Part shown: positions 27,001 through 36,477 of the stretch, piece by piece
Layout: each line of letters begins with the position of its first letter
Position numbering within the stretch: the first letter of the stretch is position 1
Assembly (NCBI GenBank): GCA_973895155.1
Contig: OZ316899.1
Span: forward strand, 12,403,934-12,467,933
DNA from: Marsupella aquatica
Taxonomy: Eukaryota > Plantae > Marchantiophyta
Reading direction: 5' to 3'
Length of the DNA stretch: 64,000 nt
Notes under the pieces: generated by a model
Databases searched by the model: none
The model's input: only the letters and a program-made list of their open reading frames with translations
Told to the model about the DNA's origin: nothing
Position numbers and translations under genes: made by a program

Positions 27001-27460
27001 GTCTCCCCTTGAAGGGTACGTACTGAACACGGGTACGTTGTGCAGCTGCCATCGGTGCAGCCGGTGCCTGTATCAACACAGGTGGTAATGGCGCTTGTTG
27101 GGCCACCGGTAACAGCACCGATGATAGGTGTGAGATGATTTGTGGCAATGCAGTGAGCTCTGGGATCAGATTTTGTAACTCAGACTGCACCAACACAAAG
27201 GGCTCTCCTTCTTCTCGCTCGTGATCTATGTCTGGCTCTTCGTCTGGGCATATGGCCTCATTACGTTGAGCCTCTTCCTGTTGCACACCAACTTGTTCTT
27301 CCAGCACCAGTGGCAACCTCCTCTCTTCTGCAAGCCGTAAGCGTTCTTCGGCAGCAACTCGTCGTCTGGTCCCAATCCAAGAGGGCCCCCCTTCTAGCTC
27401 TGATCTTGGGGTACGTGTGTGTTGGGGACTTCCTCTACCTCCCCTTCTCCCTCTCGGCAT
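21062..27460 (-). CDS. Gag-Pol polyprotein of element B (Gag, 3 CCHC knuckles, protease, RT, RNase H, integrase with GPY motif)
   Basis: CxxCxxxxHxxxxC three times, VDGGSG, MPFGL/FIDDF, RNase H DVS..E..DH..D, HHCC and D-D35-E integrase; no chromodomain. Confidence 0.97.
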   Translation of the reverse strand: MPRGRRGGRGSPQHTRTPRSELEGGPSWIGTRRRVAAEERLRLAEERRLPLVLEEQVGVQQEEAQRNEAICPDEEPDIDHEREEGEPFVLVQSELQNLIPELTALPQIISHLSSVLLPVAQQAPLPPVLIQAPAAPMAAAQRTRVQYVPFKGRPKDDPDEWIEEFEGIAEANGESAHKLTIIPGMMRGEAGPWFISLLANVKADWALFKQAFLKEFRSIGVEATSLLKVGQLRMKKKESLRRFLQRFQKLVRRIQARTDDAMRQAWFVAALPSKMGFFVRQAKPTTLAEAIAAAESYTAADATSKRCRRKKLKPVDSSSSEESSGSDSDSSDESEDSESTTESDTTESEAERRRRKKKKLSKKVKKSSHREVILPTVAVTPLSTARRLKEQEARYDELTEQMKALKVHFAGLKPERRKVPVERANVWCTKCMKFGHAPKECPAGEPAKVFQVREEDVEGASYSNPSYAAEGPIEYFMEEPPEANVYSVQPLNPGPRSIHGVSTNAGAPAYSNYPNANPGNRPPYPGVRKIPICYNCRVAGHYANVCPEPTRQGNGDFARLCQLCKGEGHLAPHCPTLEAFKAQPIGAQEKKGPPPPLKEASVNFLTTEAVDTPLITRREETVVNIPKQRMTTITEEVVPLVVVVSPVVEIPVVVVATSTEVEVANPSPPSHEWTHAENLPEEDSDEERRHYSCYRVSTRSGKKKGKSELKQKYKEVHQASTSGTSHEPEVPPMEDSDFDRDNPKLFYPKVGEEVRKQLEELEAQAMQAAIDKDMEEAKARKKAEERVVRWKPGEEVIPPIPPATAYNIAQDILDCPVSATIGQLLRDSSLYRRQVKEILMRRRRRRRLPKVGADPIQVNWVTEDLGAPELTVDINGCAIRFVPVDGGSGVNIMTEETTNRLGYTELEPPARAMRLADGARVVPLGCLTKIPTMIGGKSFPLNYLVMRPVRPYGFPILIGRPWLYVAKVTSDWGKRQFRFGIPTITIPWSAESPHGETTTMEEEYDSEVTSDEDEDEVYMVKLISHLTEEDVFGPGVATQEHVVEESVSQVHAVLEEMEDERSKIVEAEPLEIHDREAEDHPEEVEMQAHTIMFDDEQREQFLNDILDDDFREELLSHYKESDVEEIMAHVTKDPPPSRPDQEESDAPVYGGMRLARLEETFDEETRNKLDVIRPEQYTKVEVGEGKTLNIGSKLDATEQRTIQELLKEYQDVFAWSHQDLKGVPPEFGEHSIDLMSGARPVRQRQYRLNPKYSLMVKEEIDRLLDAGFIYPVMHSEWVSPIVIVPKKKGPDGKVKIRVCQDFRKLNDATKKDHYPLPFTDIVLDMVAGWEIYSFLDGYSGYNQIWIREEDQLKTAFTTEWGIFAFRRMPFGLCNAPGMFQRLMMNIFHDFLRRFLEIFIDDFAVYGKRVKHPEHLRLTFQRCRETCLKLHPEKCFFGIEEGILLGHKVSARGIEVDREKVAVWVAVSFPKNVKEVRGFLGCVGYYRRFIKDFAKVAMPLTSMLKKGSEFEPTPSRQAAFDELKKRLLEAPVLITPNWNKEFHVYVDVSGFCIGAVLSQLDDDGRDHPIYFASRQLAPAEKNYSPTDREALGIIYACKKYRHYLLGYKVVFHTDHNSLKYMVNKPDLSGRIARWVLLLQEFNYEVRVRSGKSHSNADFFSRIEGASDSQEIDDRFPDEEVFSVNTEATTWYGEILEFLRTARVPSRLGPERAAVFLRKTGPYLLVKGVLHKYGMDGRLRRCLEEAEIRTVMAALHEEEAGGHFARETTARKILDAGYWWPTLFRDVHRYIQRCDPCQRQGKPGPSSRHPLVPILPLAPFEKWGVDFIGPFTPITRRGRKRYIILATDYATKWVEARATAKDDANTTARFLYEQIFTRFGPPLELVSDRGTHFLNHTIERLTENYLISHRKTTPYHPRANGLTERANGIMGKILNKTVSAHKTDWDLKLLAATYAYNLAHKTTTGHSPYFLVFGQHSLVPVEFEVPTIRILTREREGAEESVASRIQQLEQLTETREEALTHTEQEQGKRKSHYDSRLRRVSIEEGDLVLLYDSRFMHFPGKLHTRWMGPYVVDAVYSNGSVQLKTLEGQLLNTRINQERLKKYYTEEEYGARGGASQLREELCDGYPVTGSHT
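21098..21112 (-). other. Polypurine tract of element B
   Basis: Minus strand TTAAGAGAGGAGCTA before the LTR start TGTGAC. Confidence 0.8.
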
Positions 27461-27677
27461 CCCATTGAGACCTGCATTCCAAACTTACACCAATGTCTCA
27501 GAAAGCAATATTTGTAAACATCAACCGTCGCACGATGCGTTGTGGTTGACGTACAATAACAAAGTAACCAACAAACTTCTCACGTATCAACCGTCGCAAG
27601 TTGCGTTGTGGTTGATAGGTTTGAACTCCCAATAGACGTAGCTCCCCTCCTTCGTGTCGTCAAACAAGAAGAAGGAT

Positions 27678-27695
27678 TCCCCGGCAGCGGCGCCA
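27678..27695 (-). other. PBS of element B, tRNA-Asp type
   Basis: Minus strand TGGCGCCGCTGCCGGGGA; 20 nt from the LTR end at 27716. Confidence 0.85.
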
Positions 27696-28826
27696 AAAAC
27701 AAAAGACCACACTTATGTCACTTGCCTCTCCAACGGTTAATACGTGCAAACCGCACTTTTCTTCGCTTAAACCGTTGGTATCGTATTACGGGGTCGTGGA
27801 GGGACGCTATTTGGATTCTTTTCACACCAGGATGAGTATTTTGGTTTCCGCTCCCGGAAATGTAGGTTTTGATCAAGTCTACCGACTACCCTCACCCCAC
27901 AGCTTTTGATCAAGTCCTGCCGACTACCCCACTACACCTTCACTCGGAGTCACCCAAAGAGTGCTGTCACCACCCCTACTCACAAGGCCGACTCAAACCA
28001 AGCAAGTTTCTTCAAATCATAGAACGGGAGAACACAATTCGGAAAGCGAAAAAGGGAGAAGGAACACACAACAAAAGCCCATCAAGTCAAATGTACAGAT
28101 CCATATCTCTTGGGAAAAACGATACACATTGCATGAGTAACCCGGCCTCCTGCCGTCTACTCAACTCCTGCCTCTCCGGACAATGAGTATGGCTCCCCCT
28201 CACTACTCTGAACACGCTTTCAAACTCCTCAGGCTCCACTCTATCCCTCCTTGCTAACTTCACACTGAGTCCCCCTAACTACTTCGGGGCTATCCCCCTA
28301 AATACTGAAAAATCACACCAAAGCACCCCTCACAGGGTCACAACGGTGGCGGCTACCCTAGCGGCGCCGCTAAAACCTTGCACTAAGAGAAATCCTTAAA
28401 CTGAAGAGGAGCATGCGGCACACACATGCTGCTAAAACCCTAAACCCAAAACAAGGGGGCCGACGGTGCCTTCGACGGCGCCCCAACAGTACACGTGAAC
28501 CCTGAAAGTGAGAGGCACCCCAAAATGGCCGAAACTAGGTGCCCTTCCAAGTGCACACCTGAGCTCACCCCTGGATAGCTCTTCTTTTCCTGCTTCCGAA
28601 TCACTAAGTCGCTCCCTCAACGGACTTCAGACGCCTGAGTTATGGCCGTTTCCGTACCGCAAAAACATAAGTTCTCCAGGCCATAACTTGCTCATCCTGG
28701 CTCCGTTTGAGGAGCGCCGCCTCTTGTTGGAATCAGCTCCGCGAGCTCATCCCAACAAGCCCATGAGTGACCCCCCACTAAAATGTTGGAAATCTGGAGG
28801 CCGTACACCCACGTCCGTACGCCTAT

Positions 28827-30683
28827 CTAATCCTCCTCTTCTTCTTCGCTCTCGGTGCCCGGACTTGTGCCCCGTGAGTGGTCCTCCTCCTCATCACTCA
28901 CGGGAGTGAGTGCCACCGTACTTTTCTTCTTCTTCGACGGAGTACTCTTAGTGCTGCTGCTCCCGCGCTTCCTCAAAGCAGCCAAGGCCTGCCACGCCTT
29001 GATGTACCCCTCACCAATTGTGTCCTTCCAGAGGGTAGCCTCTTCTCCGGACCGCAACTCCAACGGTAGAACTTGCCCCGTGGCCATGGGAGTCCCGGGG
29101 GTGACAGACCTGGGTGGCATCCCCGTACTGACCTGAGCCTCCCGTAACGATTTCCGTACCTCCCGGAGCTTCTTCTCCAAGCTCTTACTCTTCTCCTGAC
29201 TCTTCTTGGCTCCATCCAACAAGGGTCCATACTTCCCACTAACCTCCTTCACCACCATCTCGATAGCTTGGGAGATCACATCCGGGGAAAGTGTGGAGCC
29301 AGGTGTGCCGGGACTCTTCCGTTTCCCTAGACTCAGGGCCTCACTTCTCTTCGCTCGTGTCTCAAAGGCTGCCACCTGACTCCGTAGTGCTCCCACCTGG
29401 TTCCTCCACTCCATCACTTCTCCAGAATTTTGCTTCTCTTTGGCCAATGCTTGCCTCAACGCTCCTACTTCTTCTGCTTCCTTGGCCTTGGTGGACAAAG
29501 CTCCCTTCAAGTTGGTGATCTCTACGTGAGCTGCATTGATGTGCCTGACCTTCTCATGAATGGTCTGCTCCTTGGTCTTGATCACCTCCTTCAGTGACAG
29601 GATGCTCTGCTCTAACGTCTCTACTTTGACTGTGGCGTGCTTGAGAGACTCCCTCAATGCGTGGACTAGCTTGAGTCCCTCGTGGACTCCCTCTCTGAAA
29701 TCCCGTAGCTCTGCCAAGTAAACATCCGGAATGTTGTATTCCAGAGGCTGTTTCGGATCTCCCACGAGTGATTCAAGCCACTCCAATGTGCAATCATCCT
29801 CCTGGTTCTCTTCTTCTCTATTATCCTCCCCACCAGCAGACAATGATTCCTCCGTGAGCTTCCCTAAAACGGTAGTGGCAATACTCCGGATCTCCGTGGT
29901 GAGAGATGATCCCGTGTCTTCATGCCCCGGAGAACCAATCAACCCTTCTGCCCTGGCCAATACAAATGACCCCATCAAATGTACAGCCCCACCTGGTTTC
30001 ACACTCCCGGGCTCAGCGGCCAATAGCTTCTTCAATCCGTAGCACCACCATCCGTACACATGGGCTGGGTAGTTCTTGATGTCCATAGCTACCACGAAAT
30101 GCTCCTCATTCAGCACTCCGGATTGCACGTTGCCAAGAACCCGTTGATGCACCTTGGCCAGGAAGCCCTTATACTCAACATCCTTGACAGCAGAAAGAGG
30201 GATGGCGGTGGTGGAGGTAGGATTGGTCACCCAAGTGGCCACCATTTTCAACGTGAGTTCTCCCCTGATATTCCGAGGTGTGAATGAGAATTTCTGATTC
30301 TCAAGAAACAATAGCTTAGCCAACTCCACATGGGGCACTACACGTTTGAGACATTCAAAGTAGATTCCCTCCGTTCGGAACTCCATCCCGGCCTCAATGT
30401 CCCAGCTCTTCCCTGAAGGGATGGTAATCTCCACCTTCATGAATTCTGTAAGCCCGGTGGCTTGGAAAATGTTCCGACAATCCTCCATCACCTTGGTGGA
30501 GGTCTTGGGATAAATTCGACGAAAAATCTTCCTACCCACCGGTGAGGAACCCGCTGCCAATCCCGTGCTCATCATAACTTCTCTCTCTTCCCTTTCCCGT
30601 GTAATCCGAGTCTCCACGTAGTCACGGTAAGCAGCCTTGTATCTCCGAATGCGTGACGCACTAAACTCTGGTTGATCTAGCAT
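28827..30683 (-). CDS. LTR-encoded 618-aa accessory protein, 5' LTR copy
   Basis: Translation identical to 18133-19989. Confidence 0.85.
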   Translation of the reverse strand: MLDQPEFSASRIRRYKAAYRDYVETRITREREEREVMMSTGLAAGSSPVGRKIFRRIYPKTSTKVMEDCRNIFQATGLTEFMKVEITIPSGKSWDIEAGMEFRTEGIYFECLKRVVPHVELAKLLFLENQKFSFTPRNIRGELTLKMVATWVTNPTSTTAIPLSAVKDVEYKGFLAKVHQRVLGNVQSGVLNEEHFVVAMDIKNYPAHVYGWWCYGLKKLLAAEPGSVKPGGAVHLMGSFVLARAEGLIGSPGHEDTGSSLTTEIRSIATTVLGKLTEESLSAGGEDNREEENQEDDCTLEWLESLVGDPKQPLEYNIPDVYLAELRDFREGVHEGLKLVHALRESLKHATVKVETLEQSILSLKEVIKTKEQTIHEKVRHINAAHVEITNLKGALSTKAKEAEEVGALRQALAKEKQNSGEVMEWRNQVGALRSQVAAFETRAKRSEALSLGKRKSPGTPGSTLSPDVISQAIEMVVKEVSGKYGPLLDGAKKSQEKSKSLEKKLREVRKSLREAQVSTGMPPRSVTPGTPMATGQVLPLELRSGEEATLWKDTIGEGYIKAWQALAALRKRGSSSTKSTPSKKKKSTVALTPVSDEEEDHSRGTSPGTESEEEEED

Positions 30684-31116
30684 CCATGCATCCCGAAATC
30701 AATTTCTCAATCACCAATCCTGTCACCCGTGGCAATGTCAATTCCCTGGCCCGAAACAGCCCCCGTAGCCCGATCACTTAAATTCTCTCAATTTCCCGTC
30801 ACTACTCCGTGCGGCCGCCACTAATGCCTGGAAGAATGACGCCAGCAAGCCCCACTAATCCACCATGAAAGAGAGAGCTTCAAAAATAATTAGAATCTGG
30901 AGAGAGCTTCCGGCAAGAGAGAGAAGAACCCCGTTTTTGCTTTCGGCAATGAGAGGGTCGTGCAAAAGGAAGAGGGAAAGAAAAAGGAAGGAAAAAAAAA
31001 TAGAACCGAAAAAACTCCTGGCGCCTTCGCCATGCGCCCCGGCCCATTTCTCGGGCCTTACCCTTGCGTCCTCCTGCGCGCGGCCCTATGCAGGGCGCGC
31101 GGCCATTCCTCCCGGC

Positions 31117-31477
31117 TCGCGGGAGGCCCTTCAACTCCCCCCCGCTCGCGTGATCCTCCCAGCTCGCGGGAGGCCCTTTAACTCCCCCCCGCTCGCGTGA
31201 TCCTCCCAGCTCGCGGGAGGCCCTTTAACTCCCCCCCGCTCGCGTGATCCTCCCAGCTCGCGGGAGGCCCTTTAACTCCCCCCCGCTCGCGTGATCCTCC
31301 CAGCTCGCGGGAGGCCCTTTAACTCCCCCCCCCCGCTCGCTTGCGCTCCTTCAGCTCGCGGAGCCTCATTAATTGCCCGGGCACGCAGCCCTATGGGCTC
31401 GCGAGGCAGCCCCTTCAGCTCGTGGAGCCCCATTAATCGCCCGGGCACGCAGCCCTATGGGCTCGCGAGGCAGCCCC
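31117..31477. repeat. GC-rich 47-bp tandem repeat (~5 units) plus duplication in the B 5' LTR
   Basis: Same unit as 20423-20735 with one more copy. Confidence 0.88.
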
Positions 31478-32136
31478 TCTTTCTCTCGGACGGCCACTAA
31501 TGGGACTCGCCCTCCTGAGGAGGGATTTATTTAAAAAAACCCCCCCCCTCTCCTGACTTTGCAATGGGGGTCTCAACAATAGCTCTTGAAGCAAAACGGT
31601 AAGTCCTATGGGGCTGGTCCTGGCTAGTTTCAAGGTCCCAAAATATTTGCCCACTTAGGTCGCCGCAAATCTTAGAACTATTATGAGAGAAAGAATATAA
31701 AGTCACCTGGGGCATCATCAACCTATAATGACGGAATTAACTAAAAATTAAAAAATGGCTTATTTACATTGACTATTAACAAGGTATCGGCCTTTGCAAC
31801 CAGTTATGTGTGACTTCCCGTGACGGGGTACCCGTCACACCAAGAGGCGGCCCTGACACTTAGATTAGTGGGATTGCGGATCCACTGGTAAGAAGAACAC
31901 TTGTGCTCCTGCCTCGCTGTACATAGGTAAATTATAATTAGGATAGATTAGGCTTACACTACAAGGAATTAGGCGGATCCACTACCAAGATAAGTACCTG
32001 GGCAGCGAGGAGTTGAGGCCTTCTTCTTTAGCAAGTTTTTAGTGCACCAGCAGGGCTGTGAAACTTGTGTATATTCATGTTTCCTCATGCCTAAGAGATG
32101 AATAGAATTGGCCTCAAGGCTTAGTTTGCAAATCTT

Positions 32137-32485
32137 CATTGAATGGTAGCAATTTTATAAATTTTGTTCCCCCACAAAAAGCCCCACGGGAAGGGCGCAC
32201 AAACAGGCAGCAAGGCCAAGAAGGCAACATCCAGTAGGGTAGCAGCCCAATCACACCGACACAACAAAGGGCCAGGCTTCCGCCTCAACCCAACACCCCC
32301 GCGCCCGGACAGAGCACAACAGGGAGGGCACCCCTAAATACACAAAGAAACACATCACACGGCCAGTCCAAATTTGGAGAGCACGGCCAAGAAAGCAACA
32401 AAAGGCAGCCAACAAGCGGCCCATCACCCAGAAGAGATCAATCTCCCACCACCGCCAACCCAACCCCTACGAAGACTGTCAATCC
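32137..32485 (-). mobile_element. 349-bp insertion, probably a 5'-truncated non-LTR retroelement
   Basis: Absent from X3 and X4; flanked by the 14-bp duplication AGTTTGCARATCTT (32123-32136 and 32486-32499). Strand is inferred. Confidence 0.55.
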
Positions 32486-32954
32486 AGTTTGCAGATCTTG
32501 TGTATGAGAAGTACTGTTTGTATGGCAAGTGCATGGTATAACTCAGTCAGAAGGAGTCATTTTGCTATTTGTGTGTCGCATTAACTTGTTTGAAGATTGC
32601 CCGCATTAACCAAGAAGGGAGTAAGCAAGGTAGTAAGAGTTGGATGTGTCGAGCTGAGAGAGGTCTTAGTGGCTTACCCAAGCCAATTGGGGATCATTCT
32701 GGCGGCAAAATCCAAACATACCTAAAGGAAGACCAAGAGAGGAGGCCAAGGGAAGACATAGAAGAGGCCGACTACGTATCTCATGACCCGATGAAGGATC
32801 TGTCCAATATATGTGTATAAGTTGTTTGTAGAATGAGGTTAGCAGCGTCCTATGCCGCTAAGCCGCAGAACCGGCCTCACCGAGAGCAAAACCTACGGGA
32901 ATCGACTTGTGCAGGGGGGTTTCTTGGGTTTAGGGAGCCATGGGACGCACCACA

Positions 32955-33524
32955 GGAGGAAACTCAAATACAACATTTCCATTGTACTTGTTTGGCAAAC
33001 AAGGAACTTGCTCGTGTTGGAAGTCCCCTGCCGCGATAAATCTTGACAGTTCACTATGTCCCGTGGCCTTGAGTAAGGCATCCATTGCACTCCGCCGGTA
33101 ACCTTATGGACACCTCCGGAGGTGGCCACCGGTTCACTCTTAAGGCAACTAGAGTCTGGAACTTTGTACTTCACAGGAGGATTGGGCGCAACATCATCAT
33201 CTTCACTCTAAGATATTTCAACAACCTGGGTCAAAATGTTCTCAACAACCGATTGAAGAGGAGTAAGTTGGACATGAAGCGAGTAACAAAGTTCGACATT
33301 CATGTGCCAGAAACGTATTCCTCATCCACATCAAATGTCGCAGCACGTTCAAGTCCTGCACTCATTGACTCCTCATGAACAATCGACGCAATGTCATTGA
33401 TTCTCAAATCGAATCTCCCACACAGGTAGGTTTCGCTTACTTGCTTGTAAGTATCATAAACTTGCATGGGAACCTTGACGACGTCCCCAGTACAAGCACG
33501 TGTAATAACAATTGAGCGCAACAT
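32955..33524 (-). pseudogene. 5' part of the M1 transposase gene, cut by X2
   Basis: MLRSIVITR...YLCGRFDLR...YRRSAMDALLK...CLPNKYNGNVVFEFPP matches the N-terminus of the protein starting at 43426; frameshifted. Confidence 0.88.
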
Positions 33525-33784
33525 TGTAGATGAATGAAGTTAAAGCCACTGGAAATTCATGCACTAAGCCAATCCCGGCCGTATGGGTTGCTTATACCAC
33601 CCCTTCAAAGAGCACCGGCCGTTAAAAGAGTTGTTTCAATACGACAGAGAACACGCACAACTTTGCGTCCGTTGAAATCATAAATGAAACATTTGTCCTT
33701 TTTGCCCGACAAGTGCGGGTGTCAAGAATATTTATAACATGAATACGACTAGATAATATCCTATACAAGTGCGTCCATTTCATT

Positions 33785-34178
33785 AGCGTTGGGCGCTACC
33801 TAAAAAGCATCTGAATAACAATGACTTAATTTGAAAAGTCTTGTGACTAGTGCCTGGCGCTAGCATAATCATACACGCAATATTCATGAATTGTTTTTGC
33901 AAAATATTCCATTACAAGCATTTTTAAGTTCAAATACAGTAAATTGGTACTAGCGCTGCACCCGGCGCTAGTATTGATACAATATACTTAATACCTTAAT
34001 ATCAAGTAAAGTTTAGTTACTATGGTTGAGAAGAGTACATTTGGAAGTTTGTTAACAATATCTGGTACTAAAATGCAACATTAATCAAATGATTCACATG
34101 GCTAGCGCCGGGCGCTAGCATTTGTTCACCAATAAGTTTTTGAATTTAGTGGTCACTTCTTTGTTAGCGCCTGGCGCT
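33785..34178. promoter_or_regulatory. Cluster of 5 AGCGCCNGGCGCT-type palindromes in the M1 divergent intergenic region
   Basis: Copies start at 33785, 33849, 33957, 34104 and 34166; function inferred only. Confidence 0.6.
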
Positions 34179-36477
34179 GGCATTGCATGTCTGTCTGAAA
34201 GGTGTGGAGACAACGGTAACATTTAACGGTCACTATTGTTTAGCGTGATGATCACGCCAACATTTTAGCGTAATTCACATTAATACTTCTCACGATTTCT
34301 AAATTGTCGCCTTCTGTCACGGATAAGTAATATTGAATCTCGTCGTTCACAATGAGTAACGTCTGATTACAAAGAGGGGAATAGAGCTCATTGATCGGAT
34401 ATAATACGGATGCAATTGTTAATATGGTACGAAGAATTGGTAATCGGTCGTGAGAATTCTGTTCATAGACCTTTCATCATAAAGACGATGGATGCAGTCC
34501 CCTCCTCGTCGAGGGGGTATAGTGTGGTTGGGGATTGGGATCGTGGGTATTGCGAGTCTTCTGAGTCTTCATTCTCTGGTTCAATGTATACACGTCGAGT
34601 AACAAGGTCCACCGCATCGCTTATTCCAATCTTTGGTATTTCATTTGCCAAGCCAGTGAGAATGAAAATGGAGAATCTTGATACATTTGCAATTCAAGAT
34701 GTTTCATTTTCGGAGACCGATCTTATTTCAAAACACGTCATGTCTTTTGGGAAAGATTTCAGAGGTTTTGACAAAGAGCCTTCACAAATTCCGCTATGTC
34801 GATTGGTGCATATGGAGGTTGTCCGAACTCTGCAGAAAGATAGCTCTTCCATCGACAAGCTGAAAGACTCTTTCCGTAGCATGGGATACAATTCTTCAAT
34901 TGGAATGAGGTTTATGTTCAGCCCACTGATGCTGAGGGAGTGCTTCTCACCTGTACTCAAGAAATTTGTGATAGTTGGGATCCAATATGGACATCTGAGA
35001 ATGAGAAATTTGAGGAAGAATATGCTGCCGACCCAGATTTTCTGGTTTTGAAGGATAGAATGTTCTCCATTTTTTACGGGAACCATAGGCTTTACTCATG
35101 GACACTTGTCACATAGGAGAATCCCCAAAACCCAAAGTACCACCCGCGAGTGCTTTGTACAGTTTTCAATGGGGACAAGGGTTCACTGATAGAAATCAAA
35201 GTTGCTATGCACATCGTAACCAGTAAGAGTTCTCTTTTGTGCATAACTTTGTGAGTCATTGTGAATTGTTAATTCTTTCTAGCATAACTTTCTGAGGCCA
35301 TGTTTTACAAGCGCCTGACGCTGCTTATATGTTCTCATTTTGTTCTTTTATTTCAGGCTTGGACAAGCCGTTGTGGAACCCTCCTGGATCCTAGACGTCG
35401 ATTGAATTAAGTGGATCTTGATGCACGACCTGGAGTATTATAGTAAGCTCATCGACCCAACGAATTACAAGAAGTTTGAGCAGATCAGGATGAAGATGCA
35501 GAAGGAATCCTGGTACACAAAGAAGATGCCTCAGGAGGCTCTTGTGTACATTCTATGTCAAGATAAGATTAAGTCGAATTCAAACCAGTTCAAGATTGAC
35601 ATGGAGTCCGTTGCGGCCCTCGGTACCCCTTGGTCGGTCGAGGAGGTTTCCAAAAGGCATGCTGTTATGATGAAGGAAGCAACGAGGTGTTTACAAAAGG
35701 CAGGAAAACAGGAAACAGGCATTCATAACAGAAACTGGTAACAAGGAAAAAGACTGGTAACAGGAAAATTCTAGTCTCAAACTTTTGAAAAAAAATTCTG
35801 GTAGCACCCGGCGCTGGTAAAAATAGCGCCGACGGCGAGGTTTTTTTAAAAGACACCAAAAAAACAAACAGGAGTAAATATAAGAAACTCGTACCGGTAG
35901 GAACTCTCCACGGTTATTGCTAGCGCCGAGCGCTGTGAAGAGTCTATAATTTGTACCAATTGCACTCTCGGAGGATATTTAATGAAGGGGGTTATGAAAT
36001 GTTTGATCTCGGAATGCTATTTAAGTCAATTATAATTAACCAAAACCTTTCAGTAGCGCCTGGCGCTACTACAGTAATCCCAGTTGACAACCATCGTCTA
36101 TTCTAGCCTCCTCCCGATCAGGGTCTTTCCAGAAGACATCTAGCTGCAAAGATCCATGACTATTCCCGCCAGTTCACCTAATACCATAAAATCAGACGGA
36201 AAACAAAACATTCATGCAACACAGCCCGGAAAGAATCGATCCACACCCAAGAACCCTTAGAAAATTGGGAAGCGCCCGACGCTAACCAATATTGCACCTG
36301 AGAACATGTCTTCACAACTCAAACTTCAAGAATCTGAAATAAAATATAATAGTGACAGTATGTTTGAGGAGCGCCTGGCGCTAGTAAAAGTTGAAAGGGC
36401 TTAAAATCAGCCAATTCATCGAAATGGTTACATATTGAAACATTAAATGATGTATTTGAAGAAAACCCCATTGCTAC

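Larger units (their letters stand above)
17022..31839 (-). mobile_element. Intact, very young Ty3/gypsy LTR retrotransposon B (non-chromovirus) with 4.1-kb LTRs
   Basis: TSD CCAAG (17017-17021 and 31840-31844), near-identical LTRs, PBS, PPT and an uninterrupted 2132-aa gag-pol. Confidence 0.97.
27716..31839 (-). repeat. 5' LTR of element B (4124 bp)
   Basis: Direct repeat of 17022-21097 with one extra 47-bp unit. Confidence 0.96.
2095..32954 (+). mobile_element. Family X copy X2, split into ~2095-2435, 15481-17021 and 31845-32954 by insertions of elements A and B
   Basis: X-family coding sequence continues across the CAAAG and CCAAG TSDs. It ends in GGGACGCACCACA at 32954, the same terminus as X3 and X4. 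The left boundary is approximate. Confidence 0.85.

Noticed and set aside
7869-27088. Many short plus-strand ORFs antisense to the A and B gag-pol
   Set aside because: These are shadow ORFs with low-complexity S/F/L content and no independent support.
1-32954. X1 and X2 as the paired LTRs of one element
   Set aside because: Their overlapping segments differ at many positions, and no PBS or gag-pol of their own lies between them.
34166-34178. CCWGG core of the palindrome as a Dcm-type target
   Set aside because: The centre base varies over all four nucleotides and the cargo domain is not a C5 methyltransferase; the resemblance is probably coincidental.
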